A stretch of 64,000 nt of DNA from the human T2T-CHM13v2.0 reference genome, Homo sapiens: NCBI RefSeq assembly GCF_009914755.1, contig NC_060934.1. One strand, given 5' to 3'. Below are positions 63,911 to 64,000 of this stretch, piece by piece. The translations under genes and the position numbers were made by a program. Positions within the stretch are counted from its first letter, which is position 1. The number at the start of each line of letters is the position of its first letter. A model generated the notes under the pieces. That model was not told the DNA's origin. It did not search any database and saw only the letters and a list, made by a program, of their open reading frames with translations.

Positions 63911-64000
63911 TATCCTGTGATAGAGAAATTAAGAATACTTACACTGCTCCCAGGCACAGGCATAAATGTGACTAAAGGAACATTCTGGAAAGCCTCTTAA

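Overview
Primate (human-like) non-coding genomic DNA, either a gene desert or a very large intron. Alu, L1PA and LTR12C elements mark it as primate and probably hominoid. I found no credible protein-coding exon, rRNA, tRNA or CRISPR array. All long ORFs lie in one low-complexity repeat, and the short ones fall in transposons or are chance ORFs. Repeat families were named by eye from remembered consensus sequences, so subfamily calls need RepeatMasker confirmation. The window holds five kinds of structure. (1) A ~3.75 kb CAC/CAT tandem repeat at 5295-9051, with three sub-domains and higher-order periodicity. (2) Many interspersed repeats: 9 Alu-family copies, MIR, L2, old L1M, an L1PA 3' end, MaLR/ERVL LTRs, a solo LTR12C, and hAT/Tigger MER elements, including three triple-nested insertions. 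(3) About a dozen transposon-free blocks with homeodomain, TALE, POU and Sox motifs that look like conserved developmental enhancers; the strongest is a CpG-rich block at 26.7-28.7 kb. (4) Three short copy-and-paste duplications of different ages, each 0.6-1.2 kb from its source; one is a 271-bp, 99%-identical insertion at the G-rich tract of the L1PA. (5) A 97-nt fold-back hairpin at 61914-62010 that matches no repeat I recognise. I could not identify the locus, and I cannot claim a new biological system. The best leads are the tandem repeat, the local templated insertions, the hairpin cluster and the candidate enhancer set.
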